Positions 63,160 to 64,000 of a DNA stretch of 64,000 nt are shown one piece after another. Below the pieces are notes generated by a model that was not told the origin of the DNA, did no database searches, and worked only from the letters and a program-made list of their open reading frames with translations. Numbering within the stretch: position 1 is the first letter of the stretch; every line of letters starts with the position of its first letter. The position numbers and the translations under genes are program-made. Origin of the DNA: Phoronis australis. Lineage: Eukaryota > Animalia > Phoronida. The stretch lies in contig NMRA01000004.1 in NCBI GenBank assembly GCA_002633005.1, positions 2,211,935 to 2,275,934 of the forward strand. The letters are read 5' to 3'.

Positions 63160-63203
63160 AATCGGTAAATAAAACAACATTCTTGTTGTTTTATTTACCG
63201 ATT
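63160..63203. repeat. Perfect hairpin, 20-bp arms and 4-nt loop
   Basis: aatcggtaaataaaacaaca-ttct-tgttgttttatttaccgatt. Confidence 0.85.
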
Positions 63204-64000
63204 AAAATTATGTCTAATTTTTTGTTGTTTAGGAATAGACGGCATCTTGATCTGTATAGGGTTATTTTATGGTTGCGAATAAGTTGAATGATGTCAATGA
63301 GACTGACAAGTCTTGAGTAGTGGTATGCATTTTAAGCCACATATACTCGAGTACAGAATAATAAATAATTGTGACGAGATCGCATGAAAGCAAAACAGAA
63401 AGTGACACAGATACATGTATATATCCAGGTTCGATTTCGAGAATCCGGACACAGCTCTGCTGTTTGATTTGATGGTGTTCCCTTAATGTGTTTGAGCAGG
63501 GAAGCATGACACCAGCAACGCATACATGTGCATCCGCCTAACACATCCTGTGTATTTAAAAGGCATTTATGACAATTAAATGAACAAACAGTGTAATTGC
63601 TTCTTCCGATGAACAAGAAAACCCATATACACATGTAGATGTATACTGTACATTATTTGACATCGCCTTGCATGAGTGCATGTTTGACGCCCCTGTTTGT
63701 TAATTCAACTTGTAATTGTTCGGGCAAATAAATACACGCCTCTTACTATACATAATTGATTTCGGATTCATAAAACAACGGTGTTATCGAAATTGCCCAC
63801 TTAAACAAACAATGCTAACGACGTATTGATTACCGAATTAACTACTTTGTATAGACAAACACTTAGAATGTCATGGGTTCAAGTTTACAGGTACAATGAA
63901 TTTGAAGGTAAGAGATAATTTATTAAGAGTGATGATGCATTTTTCCTTGTATAAGGGGCAAAATTGAAGTTAAATTAGGCAACTTAAAATCGTAAAATCG

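Overview
Intron-rich, AT-rich eukaryotic DNA from a bilaterian invertebrate, probably marine; the taxon is inferred, not proven. I built four protein-coding gene models by hand from GT-AG junctions and phase continuity. (1) Maelstrom, the piRNA-pathway HMG-box + MAEL protein (+ strand, 14 coding exons, 12738-31542, ~613 aa, plus a 3'UTR intron). (2) Mitochondrial ribosomal protein L17 (- strand, 4 exons, 35170-43497, 190 aa), convergent with maelstrom. (3) A phospholipid scramblase with an intronless CDS (+, 48151-48996). (4) A short single-TOG, TOGARAM/crescerin-like gene (- strand, 8 coding exons, 55769-61540, ~321 aa). Much of the rest is non-autonomous or decayed DNA transposons (Academ-like with an XPG/PIN remnant, Kolobok with a THAP remnant, Harbinger-type MITEs, nested foldback elements in MRPL17 introns), tRNA-derived SINE-like pieces and minisatellites. 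The most notable observations are the Maelstrom C-terminal tail (PPG-hydrophobic, Trp and RG motifs), partial retention of DEDDh acidic residues in the MAEL domain, nested long inverted repeats around MRPL17 exon 2, and many TA-xxxx-TA palindromes that look like transposon footprints. No prokaryote-type system such as CRISPR is present. All family assignments come from motif recognition, not database searches.
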